From the IMG/VR virus record IMGVR_UViG_3300032011_004028, positions 1 through 64,000 of that record: a stretch of 64,000 bases of DNA. One strand, written 5' to 3'. Positions 18,927-26,140 of the stretch are shown piece by piece (the first letter of the stretch is position 1; every line of letters starts with the position of its first letter). The stretch comes from a virus (lineage: Duplodnaviria; Caudoviricetes). Below the pieces are notes generated by a model. That model worked only from the letters and a program-made list of their open reading frames with translations, was not told the DNA's origin and did no database searches. A program made the translations under genes and the position numbers.

Positions 18927-19770
18927 TTCTTCTTATTTCACTAATGAAATCAGCAAAAGTTTCTCTTTTGAGTCTCATTTTGTTTATCAAATCTTTTCCG
19001 CTAAGAGTGTACCAATCTTCATAAGAAGCCCCTATTAATTCATTTGTCACCACTTCCACGTTCATCATTTTAGCTTCAAGTACGAGCCTGCAGCAAGTTT
19101 CGGGCGTTGTAGGATGGAATACTAGCTTTGAGTAGCTGGACAACTTATTTAAAAAAGATTTATAATCGGGATCTTTAATAATGTCAAAGTTCCACTGTTT
19201 ATCTTTACAGAATTGAGCTGAAGCTTGGGTGCCTTTTTGGGGGTATGGAGATTCTATTACGACGGACCGATCATTTTTCTCCTTATCGCAATGGCTCTCT
19301 AGTAGGTCTAGACTCTCTTCAGACCAGAGATTGCCGGAAAAATTGACAGTTTTAAGTGGGCGCTCAAGATTTCTATCATAAATATCTTTTTGAAATTGAG
19401 TCTGGCAGATAATCCTATGAGCGTTCCAGTGAAAATCTACATTAATCAATTCATTTGGGGAAACGTGAAAATTAGGATAAAGGGCTGGGTTAGTATGCTG
19501 GACGAACTTGTAATCGTGACAGTAAAGAATATATTTGCAGTTTTTCTGTATCAGGTCTCTTAACTCGGGATTAACCCCGAAAAAGTTGGATATTATAAAA
19601 AAAGAATCGAGGTTCTCTTGGATGAACCCCTCGTACAGATAGCGACTTTTTATTTTGTAAACATCAAAGCGTTTCGATAAGAGCTTGAATATCTCCTCGT
19701 CGTTTAAAGCTGCGCCACCTACGAAATCATCGATAAAAAAGTCACTAACTAATATAATCTTGTCATTCAA
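18916..19770 (-). CDS. Putative GT-B glycosyltransferase
   Basis: FVGGAALND, YCHDY, PETCCRLVLEAKMM (ExxxxxxxE). Confidence 0.6.
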   Translation of the reverse strand: MNDKIILVSDFFIDDFVGGAALNDEEIFKLLSKRFDVYKIKSRYLYEGFIQENLDSFFIISNFFGVNPELRDLIQKNCKYILYCHDYKFVQHTNPALYPNFHVSPNELINVDFHWNAHRIICQTQFQKDIYDRNLERPLKTVNFSGNLWSEESLDLLESHCDKEKNDRSVVIESPYPQKGTQASAQFCKDKQWNFDIIKDPDYKSFLNKLSSYSKLVFHPTTPETCCRLVLEAKMMNVEVVTNELIGASYEDWYTLSGKDLINKMRLKRETFADFISEIRRNES

Positions 19771-20107
19771 ATTTACTTGGGTCTTTAGGGTGTTTTTTTC
19801 CCTTTCGTCTTTCAGCGTAGTCTTTGAAGTATTGCTGTTGGACGGGGTCTCTCCCTTCTTTATCTTTCCTTTTCTCAGAAAGCTCTTTGGAGCGATCCCA
19901 CATTTCTCCTACGTTCTGGACTTTCGCTTTTTCCCTGAAATCTTTAGCTGAATAAGGGTCTATTTTGGTGTCTATGGAAGCCTGAGGGATAGTGTAAACA
20001 CGATTATAAGTAATATCATCAACTTGGTAAACGTGCTCTTCATGAATACTCTGCCAAACAGTTATCTGTTCGCCACTGTCAGGATGTTCATAGATGTATT
20101 CAGGCAT
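19763..20107 (-). CDS. Hypothetical (FmdB-like N-terminus without Cys)
   Basis: MPEYIYEHPDSGEQITVWQSI pattern. Confidence 0.5.
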   Translation of the reverse strand: MPEYIYEHPDSGEQITVWQSIHEEHVYQVDDITYNRVYTIPQASIDTKIDPYSAKDFREKAKVQNVGEMWDRSKELSEKRKDKEGRDPVQQQYFKDYAERRKGKKHPKDPSKFE

Positions 20108-21188
20108 TAACTATCTTAGTTATTTGGTCGACGGTGTTGCTATAAGGGAACTGTTCTTGAAGGTTTAATCCTTCAGTGTTTACGGGAGATTCTTTGTATC
20201 TTTCCACGGCTTTCTCGCATCCTTCTATAAAAGCATCTTCGTTGAAATCATAAATCTGGCCTTGGTTGAAGGGGTTTCCTTTTTTAAAGAATATTCCGTC
20301 TTCAGAGTCTATTTTTCCACTAGGCTCCACCAAAATAGCATTTTCTGGCGTCGCCCAATCTTTATAAGAGGTGGTATTAAGTATTACGCCGTGCTTACCC
20401 AGCGCTATAGATTGAAATTCAGGCAGCCCCCATCCTTCGGCTCCCGACATTCCTAGAATTATATTTCCAGAATTTAAGAAGTCGTTGTAAAGGCTATTTT
20501 TTTGCATCATTCCTAGAAAATTGATATTAAAGTAGTTTTTACCTTCCAGTATTTGACTTATGCGAGCTTTAAATTCGTCCTCTTTCATGAAGGGGTTAGC
20601 GATGGCACACTGGAGAACGTAATCTTTATTGTTTCCGTATTTTTTAAGCCAAGCCTTAATTACTTTAGCGTGATGCTTCCTTTTCTCGAGCTTGCCTGTA
20701 ATGTTAAAAACTATCTTTCCTTCAAGATATTTTTCATTTTTTACATTAAAATTATATTTATCGAATCCGAGTGGCACGTAATGACAATTTTCTAAGCCGT
20801 GCTCTTCGAGAATGTTTTTGGCATAATTAGAACTAACAATTAAGTTCTTCTGGTTTCGCGCTATATTTATTTCGTAGCTGGTAGGGTGATCAAGTTCATA
20901 AAAGGTAAATAGTGTTTGATCTTTTCCGTAAGATGTTAAGCTTTCGTGGTTTAGATGCCACAGTTTAAAAATAGGAGTATCTCTATTGTACTCTTCAAAA
21001 GATTTTTTAATGCAAGACTCTATCCACTTGTTGAAGTCTTCATCTACTTCTTGAGAGCTTAAATCGGATTGACCTACTGTAAATAAAGAAGGCTGCACGC
21101 CCCTCTGGTGAAATTCACGCAGAAGGGCTGTGCTAACCTGACCAAAACTTACACCGTTAAGTGGTAGATGTAAGGCGAAGTCGGACAT
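20100..21188 (-). CDS. GT4-like glycosyltransferase
   Basis: YVPLGFD, FNITGKLEKRKH, EGWGLPEFQSIALGK. Confidence 0.8.
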   Translation of the reverse strand: MSDFALHLPLNGVSFGQVSTALLREFHQRGVQPSLFTVGQSDLSSQEVDEDFNKWIESCIKKSFEEYNRDTPIFKLWHLNHESLTSYGKDQTLFTFYELDHPTSYEINIARNQKNLIVSSNYAKNILEEHGLENCHYVPLGFDKYNFNVKNEKYLEGKIVFNITGKLEKRKHHAKVIKAWLKKYGNNKDYVLQCAIANPFMKEDEFKARISQILEGKNYFNINFLGMMQKNSLYNDFLNSGNIILGMSGAEGWGLPEFQSIALGKHGVILNTTSYKDWATPENAILVEPSGKIDSEDGIFFKKGNPFNQGQIYDFNEDAFIEGCEKAVERYKESPVNTEGLNLQEQFPYSNTVDQITKIVNA

Positions 21189-21493
21189 TAAAACTCCAGT
21201 GATTCGCTAGTGGCACTAGCCTGTGCGGCTGGTGCAGAAGCGTTAGTGTTTTGTTTGCCCTCTTCGCGGCCCTCGCTCATATACAAGCGAAAATCGGGAG
21301 CCTTGTCGTTAGCAACGCTTCCGTCTTCATTGTATTTGTGTTTGTTTTTGAAGACGACCAACTGAACCTTACCTGACGCGTCTTTTAATTCGACGTGACC
21401 TGTCATGTATTGAGTTCCAGTTAGGCTCTTCTTTACCCATAGAGCACCTAATTCGCGCTCCTTCCAGTCGTTGTTCTTTTGTTCTTCAGACAT
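21188..21493 (-). CDS. DUF736-like small protein (possible ssDNA binding)
   Basis: LGALWVKKS...YMTGHVEL...VFKN...DKAPDFRLY. Confidence 0.5.
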   Translation of the reverse strand: MSEEQKNNDWKERELGALWVKKSLTGTQYMTGHVELKDASGKVQLVVFKNKHKYNEDGSVANDKAPDFRLYMSEGREEGKQNTNASAPAAQASATSESLEF

Positions 21494-21503
21494 AAGAGTC
21501 TTT

Positions 21504-21532
21504 ATATTATAGAGGGCGGGTCACGTTGTCAA
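21504..21532 (-). promoter_or_regulatory. Sigma70-type promoter heading the glycan island
   Basis: Minus strand TTGACA-N17-TAATAT (or N15-TATAAT), ending 11-13 nt before the ATG at 21493. Confidence 0.7.
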
Positions 21533-21540
21533 CACTTTTT

Positions 21541-22143
21541 TTAAATAGAATCGAGAAATTTTTCGCTTCCTATTTTTTTTCTTAATACCGCTAGCCCTCT
21601 ATTGTGCAGATTGATTGCGGTTTGAGTGCTGATCTCTAAGTTTTGAGCTATTTTAGCCCACGAGGGTTTTTTGGTGACATTCGAATACCTTAGAGAGAAT
21701 ATTTTTTTTATCCGAGTGTCTCTTAGTTGGGCAAGAATATTACCTGTGAATTCAAATAGGTCCTCAGTGGGGGCATCTCCTTCTTTTTCTTTTAAGGCGT
21801 CTAGTATTTCGTCCTCTGTGCTTACTAAACGGTCTTTAACTTTTTTATTTATGGAATTTAAGCAAAAATATTTAATTTGATTAGCTAGCCACGTCGAAAA
21901 TTTTACGTTTTTATGAATACTGAAACTTTTTGCTGAATTCCAGATAATTAAATTTTTATCCATAGAAGTTTCGTTTATGTCGATGTTGTTGGCATAAAAA
22001 CTACTGGAATATTTTTTTAATATCTTAAAACAGAGGGGGGAGTGCCTCTTGATAAGCTCAGTGAGGCTTCTTTCGCAGTTATTTAAGCGAATTCTTTCTA
22101 CTAAATAGTTGTCGCTTACCTTATCCCAGCAGCTTTCTTCCAT
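21541..22143 (-). CDS. Phage RNA polymerase sigma factor (regions 2 and 4)
   Basis: LIKRHSPLCFKI, KFSTWLANQIKY, C-terminal HTH SWAKIAQNLEISTQTAINLHNRGL. Confidence 0.75.
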   Translation of the reverse strand: MEESCWDKVSDNYLVERIRLNNCERSLTELIKRHSPLCFKILKKYSSSFYANNIDINETSMDKNLIIWNSAKSFSIHKNVKFSTWLANQIKYFCLNSINKKVKDRLVSTEDEILDALKEKEGDAPTEDLFEFTGNILAQLRDTRIKKIFSLRYSNVTKKPSWAKIAQNLEISTQTAINLHNRGLAVLRKKIGSEKFLDSI

Positions 22144-22559
22144 AATTCTATCTTAACCGTAAAGTCCTCGAAAGAACAGTCCTTATCTCTTTCTAAGTCA
22201 AGAACATAACGACGATGCCTCTTAAACATACGTGGTAAAATTATAAAGTATTCGATCATATCGTCAAAATTATTTTCTAAAAAAATATTTGCATCCCTAA
22301 AATCTGTCTCGTTAGGGTCGTCAGATTTAACGGAAGTTTGAATCAAGAAAGCATAATTAAGCTCCAAGTTATCAGAGAATAACATACTGTCAAAGCGACA
22401 TATACTGACGTCATAAGCGTAAACTGCGTCTATTTTGCTGAATTTTAAATGATGAAATTGAGATAGATTTTCCGAAGTTAACAAAAGGTTAGCTCCTCTT
22501 CCTGAATAAGCTACCATGGGACGGCATTGCTTCTGCGCAATGGAAGAATCTTCAAACAT
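22116..22559 (-). CDS. Hypothetical protein
   Basis: 147-aa ORF overlapping both neighbours in the operon. Confidence 0.55.
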   Translation of the reverse strand: MFEDSSIAQKQCRPMVAYSGRGANLLLTSENLSQFHHLKFSKIDAVYAYDVSICRFDSMLFSDNLELNYAFLIQTSVKSDDPNETDFRDANIFLENNFDDMIEYFIILPRMFKRHRRYVLDLERDKDCSFEDFTVKIELWKKAAGIR

Positions 22560-23145
22560 ATAACTTCTTTACCCATTTTAATAATTTTTGGGCTGAAATT
22601 ATTTTTTTTACGTCTTCTTTCTCTGTTCTCCAGTTCAGTTTAAAGTCAGCGACCTCCTTTACTAAGGGGTCGTTAATCGTTTCCGTATCGTTTGCTGGGG
22701 GCATGTAAATACGCTTCCCTCCCACTTCATCATACCGAGAAACGTGAATCAAAACCCCGTTTATTTCTTCTTTTAACCAAAAAACTTCATCTTTCTCGTA
22801 TTTGTTAAATCTGATGTCAGTTATAATATTTATTTTTTCGGGGGCTAATTCTTTAGATATTTGATCTATCCAGTGTCTACCGTTTGATAAATCTCTTTTT
22901 ATTTCTCCATGAGATACGAGAAAAGGCCGTATCGTATTCTTTTCGTCCCGGGTACAGTCAGTAGAATCTATTCCATAAAGTTCACGGGAAACGCATGATA
23001 CTTCCTTTTTTAAGTTCTTAGCAATTGAAAGCTCCCTGTACGGGAGCTCCATTCTTTGCAATAATTTAATTATTATCTCAGCAACCGTATTCTTCCCACA
23101 ACCGGCTACTCCCCCTATTCCTATGTTCTTAAACTTGTAGTTCAT
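22552..23145 (-). CDS. Deoxynucleoside monophosphate kinase-like
   Basis: P-loop IGIGGVAGCGKNT, HWID, IITDIRFN. Confidence 0.8.
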   Translation of the reverse strand: MNYKFKNIGIGGVAGCGKNTVAEIIIKLLQRMELPYRELSIAKNLKKEVSCVSRELYGIDSTDCTRDEKNTIRPFLVSHGEIKRDLSNGRHWIDQISKELAPEKINIITDIRFNKYEKDEVFWLKEEINGVLIHVSRYDEVGGKRIYMPPANDTETINDPLVKEVADFKLNWRTEKEDVKKIISAQKLLKWVKKLYV

Positions 23146-23328
23146 TTAAATTAAATTTATTAATAAAATATTATATAAACTTTTCCCTAGAAAGTCGAAG
23201 TGAAACGGAGACTTTCCCCGTATTTGGAGGTTAACCAAAACATCGGCAATCTTTCTTCCTTTTCCCTGAGAATACTCCCCGGCTAGTCTTTTTCGGGTGT
23301 GTGGTAGTTTCCACCCATATGACATCAC
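23146..23328 (-). CDS. Possible small hypothetical protein (or part of a structured leader)
   Basis: 60-aa ORF whose stop abuts the kinase start. Confidence 0.3.
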   Translation of the reverse strand: MMSYGWKLPHTRKRLAGEYSQGKGRKIADVLVNLQIRGKSPFHFDFLGKSLYNILLINLI

Positions 23329-23460
23329 CTTTACTACCCGCCCAATAAATTTAGTTTATCGGTTCCCCCACTTGCAAGTCTCCGACAGCAGCGGTGGGCA
23401 CAATAGATTGCGGACCTGTCTACCTTTTTTATGTAACAAGACAGAAATGCTACAAAAAGA

Positions 23461-23489
23461 GTTTTAAGTTCCGCGGGGCACGATGTCAA
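23461..23489 (-). promoter_or_regulatory. Sigma70-type leftward promoter
   Basis: TTGACA-N17-TAAAAC on the minus strand. Confidence 0.5.
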
Positions 23490-23556
23490 CTTTTTTAATA
23501 AAGATTTTTGAAAAAAACAAAGAGGAACCCCTTTTCGGGAAAAAATCCGTTTTTTC

Positions 23557-23584
23557 TTGACTAGGTGCCCCTTTGATGAAAACT
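23557..23584 (+). promoter_or_regulatory. Possible rightward promoter
   Basis: TTGACT-N16-AAAACT ending 6 nt before ATG 23591; the -10 is weak. Confidence 0.3.
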
Positions 23585-23590
23585 CAACGC

Positions 23591-24001
23591 ATGCGCCTTT
23601 CATGGGAAGAGTACGCCTTGAACATCGCCGCCACAGCAGCGGAGAGAAGTGAGGATATCTACCAAAAGGTAGGGGCGTGTGCCTTGAACGAAAAGAACAT
23701 GGTTATAGCTATTGGCTATAACGGACTTGCGCCGGGAAAAAATGTCTCCTACGGTTTCATGAAAAACCGAAATCACCGCCGCCCATTTATGATTCACGCA
23801 GAGGTTAACTGTTTAAGCTTAATAAAACGAGGAGAAGCTAAAATGCTTGCCTCCACCCTGCTGCCATGTTCTTCTTGCGCCACTGCGATAGCCGCCTACG
23901 GAATCGAGAAGGTGATTTACAAAGAAATCTACAAAAGAGATAAAAGCGCTTTAGAAATTTTTGAATTCTACCAAATAAAATGCATCCAGTATGGAAATTA
24001 A
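23591..24001 (+). CDS. dCMP deaminase
   Basis: MRLSWEEYAL, IGYNG, HAEVNCL, PCSSCA zinc motif. Confidence 0.9.
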   Translation: MRLSWEEYALNIAATAAERSEDIYQKVGACALNEKNMVIAIGYNGLAPGKNVSYGFMKNRNHRRPFMIHAEVNCLSLIKRGEAKMLASTLLPCSSCATAIAAYGIEKVIYKEIYKRDKSALEIFEFYQIKCIQYGN

Positions 24002-24464
24002 ATACAGCAAACTACACCCTGACGGAAAAGAGCCTTTCAGGGCTAACCCCGCTGACGCCGGTTACGATTTGTTTTCAACCCAATACGAAACGCTGGAGCC
24101 CTTTCAGAGGAAACTCATTTCTACAGGTATAAATATAAAAATACCTGAAGGTTTTTATGGCCGCATCGCCCCAAGAAGCGGTTTAGCGTGTAAAAAAGGA
24201 ATAGATGTAATGGCGGGAGTAATAGATTCTGGCTATCGCGGAGAAATAAAAGTTTTATTGATAAACTTGAACTTCGAGAGTTATAATCTAAAACCTAACG
24301 CTTTTGAAGCAATGTTTGGATCAGCAAACAAAATAGATATAAAACCGGGCGACAGAATAGCTCAATTAATTATTGAGAAATGTCACAGCGCCGACTGGAA
24401 AGTCGTTAGTTCTCTCGATGAATCGAAAAGGGGAGAAAAAGGCTTCGGAAGCTCCGGAAACTAA
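23991..24464 (+). CDS. dut: Trimeric dUTPase
   Basis: AGYDL, RIAPRSGLA, GVIDSGYRGEI, RIAQL, RGEKGFGSSG. Confidence 0.95.
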   Translation: MEIKYSKLHPDGKEPFRANPADAGYDLFSTQYETLEPFQRKLISTGINIKIPEGFYGRIAPRSGLACKKGIDVMAGVIDSGYRGEIKVLLINLNFESYNLKPNAFEAMFGSANKIDIKPGDRIAQLIIEKCHSADWKVVSSLDESKRGEKGFGSSGN

Positions 24465-24470
24465 CACCCC

Positions 24471-24695
24471 ATGCAAAACACTAATTCTTCCCCCGCGGAA
24501 ATGATATCATACAACTCCAAAATGGTCGGCACCGACGTGCAAGTAGTACGTTCTCAAGGCGGTGCCACATGGAGAGGAAAAGTAGAGAAAGTAGTAGATG
24601 AGGAATATTTTGAAATATCCAAATTCGAAAACCCACTGGAAACCGAAGTGGTGTCAATGTATGATATCCGCTCCCTATCGTACGATACCATCTGA
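24471..24695 (+). CDS. Small hypothetical beta-barrel-like protein
   Basis: 74-aa ORF; VGTDVQV...WRGKVEKV. Confidence 0.5.
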   Translation: MQNTNSSPAEMISYNSKMVGTDVQVVRSQGGATWRGKVEKVVDEEYFEISKFENPLETEVVSMYDIRSLSYDTI

Positions 24696-24762
24696 CCCAC
24701 TTGTCCCATTTTTTTTTGGGTAAAATTGAGTTTTCCCTAAGAAACAGGCCCGTGTCCCACTT

Positions 24763-24778
24763 TGGCACAACCCTTGCT
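24763..24778 (+). promoter_or_regulatory. Sigma54 (-24/-12) promoter of Hsp20
   Basis: TGGCAC-AACCC-TTGCT: exact consensus and spacing, ending 11 nt before the ATG. Confidence 0.75.
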
Positions 24779-24789
24779 ATAAAGAAGGC

Positions 24790-25158
24790 ATGTACGCACC
24801 AACAACGTTTGGAAGGGGCTTGCTAGATTTTGCAACGCCGTTATTCGCTGAAATAGACCGCTCGCTATACAAAGACTATCAGAACTCTTTCCTTGAGGAA
24901 GATAGTTCTTATATTTTTGAGGTAGAAATGCCCGGATTCACAAAAGATGATGTAAAAGTCCACGTGGATTCTTCCGGACACCTCAACTTACAAGGAAAGA
25001 CAACAAGACGAGGGAAAGAAGTTAAGTTTGGAGAAACTTATCCCATCCCTGAAAAAGCCGATCCAGCAACCGCTGAAGCTACCCTGAAAGACGGGATATT
25101 TAGGCTACTGTTTAAAAAGAAAAATAAACACAAACCCAAAGAAATCACAATTAAGTAA
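24790..25158 (+). CDS. Small heat-shock protein Hsp20/alpha-crystallin
   Basis: EVEMPGFTKDDVKV, AEATLKDGIFRL, KPKEITIK (IxI). Confidence 0.9.
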   Translation: MYAPTTFGRGLLDFATPLFAEIDRSLYKDYQNSFLEEDSSYIFEVEMPGFTKDDVKVHVDSSGHLNLQGKTTRRGKEVKFGETYPIPEKADPATAEATLKDGIFRLLFKKKNKHKPKEITIK

Positions 25159-25170
25159 AGGGTTTTAAAG

Positions 25171-25195
25171 AACCGGGCTTCGGCCCGGTTTTTTT
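25171..25195 (+). terminator. Intrinsic terminator with C(UUCG)G loop
   Basis: AACCGGGC-TTCG-GCCCGGTT followed by a T tract. Confidence 0.9.
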
Positions 25196-25210
25196 GTGTA
25201 ATTATATTAT

Positions 25211-25405
25211 ATGCCTCTTCCAACGCCAAAAAAGGGCCAGCAAAAAGAAGACTTTATTAATTCTTGCATGGCTAGCCCAACAATGACCAGCGAATACAAA
25301 GACCCAAAACAACGGATGGCTGTGTGCCACTCCCAACATCGAAGGTCTTCAGCATCAGCAACTTGGAGAGAAATTGAATTTGACAAATTCTTACTTTTAA
25401 AATAG
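25211..25405 (+). CDS. Hypothetical protein
   Basis: MPLPTPKKGQQKEDFINSCM; GTGTAA 9 nt upstream. Confidence 0.65.
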   Translation: MPLPTPKKGQQKEDFINSCMASPTMTSEYKDPKQRMAVCHSQHRRSSASATWREIEFDKFLLLK

Positions 25406-25416
25406 AATTTTCTTAA

Positions 25417-25608
25417 ATGAGCGAAGATAAAACTATTTCGCATACTTCTTACCAGCAGGTACTTACGCTACTGAATCAGGTGATAGAAGCTTCTATTTGG
25501 GAAGACGCAAAGCTTAAAAGCAAGGACCCTATTAAAAATCCGGGAGAAAGCTTCACGACAAATAAATTAAAACTAATAAGAGAGACCTTGGAAAATGAGT
25601 CTAAATAA
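25417..25608 (+). CDS. Hypothetical protein
   Basis: 63-aa ORF in the operon. Confidence 0.55.
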   Translation: MSEDKTISHTSYQQVLTLLNQVIEASIWEDAKLKSKDPIKNPGESFTTNKLKLIRETLENESK

Positions 25609-25924
25609 AACCCTAAAAAAACTTCTCGCTGAAAAAGAAGAACTTGTTGCCTCCATTACTTTATGCTGTAAAAGCGTTGAGTTTTGGGAAAAAAGAGCAG
25701 ATATAATCTTTGAAAAGATAGATGAGGCCGATGAAGAGTTTGGGTTTGAGGATGATTTTGATACGGAGAAGAAAAATACTCGCCTTATGCAGGAGTCTGC
25801 CCGACTTGTGAGCCGTATAGCTTTTGAAAATAATCAGCTAGATATGCTAGAGGTTCAAATTTTAGATCTAGAAGAAAAAATAGTAAAATCTTTAGCCCAG
25901 TATGCCAAGAAACAAAAAAAATAA
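25595..25924 (+). CDS. Hypothetical coiled-coil protein
   Basis: 109-aa charged helical ORF. Confidence 0.6.
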   Translation: MSLNKTLKKLLAEKEELVASITLCCKSVEFWEKRADIIFEKIDEADEEFGFEDDFDTEKKNTRLMQESARLVSRIAFENNQLDMLEVQILDLEEKIVKSLAQYAKKQKK

Positions 25925-26069
25925 AAAATACTATTTGATAGAGTCTAAAAAAAGAAGGTGGTCATATGGAGCTTTCCCCCACACAGAAGAAGGGCTGCAG
26001 CAAGCAAAAAAGTATTTAGGGGCGCTTCAAAAAAAAACGGATGAGAAACTAGAGATAGTTGAAAAATAA
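25902..26069 (+). CDS. 55-aa basic hypothetical protein (not in ORF track)
   Basis: MPRNKKNKKYYLIESKKRRWSYGAFPHTEEGLQQAKKYL...EIVEK*; fills the gap on the coding strand. Confidence 0.55.
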   Translation: MPRNKKNKKYYLIESKKRRWSYGAFPHTEEGLQQAKKYLGALQKKTDEKLEIVEK

Positions 26070-26070
26070 C

Positions 26071-26099
26071 TTGACGGCTCACCCCGTCTAACATAAAGT
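26071..26099 (+). promoter_or_regulatory. Sigma70-type promoter of nrdA
   Basis: TTGACG-N17-TAAAGT. Confidence 0.55.
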
Positions 26100-26140
26100 A
26101 AATCACACACCTGATTAAGGGTGTATTTTTTTCTACCAAG

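Noticed and set aside
18920-18931. 12-nt match (GATTCATTTCTT) to the core of the 43-bp repeat at another gene junction
   Set aside because: AAATGAAT-type start/stop junctions are common in this AT-rich operon; too short to call a third recombination site.
23415-23425. CAGGTCCG (minus strand) resembling the SRP RNA core
   Set aside because: The following GAAGGAAGCAG and the SRP helix are absent.
23334-23603. 89-aa minus-strand ORF across the divergent promoter region
   Set aside because: It spans both promoters and A-tracts and has non-protein-like composition.
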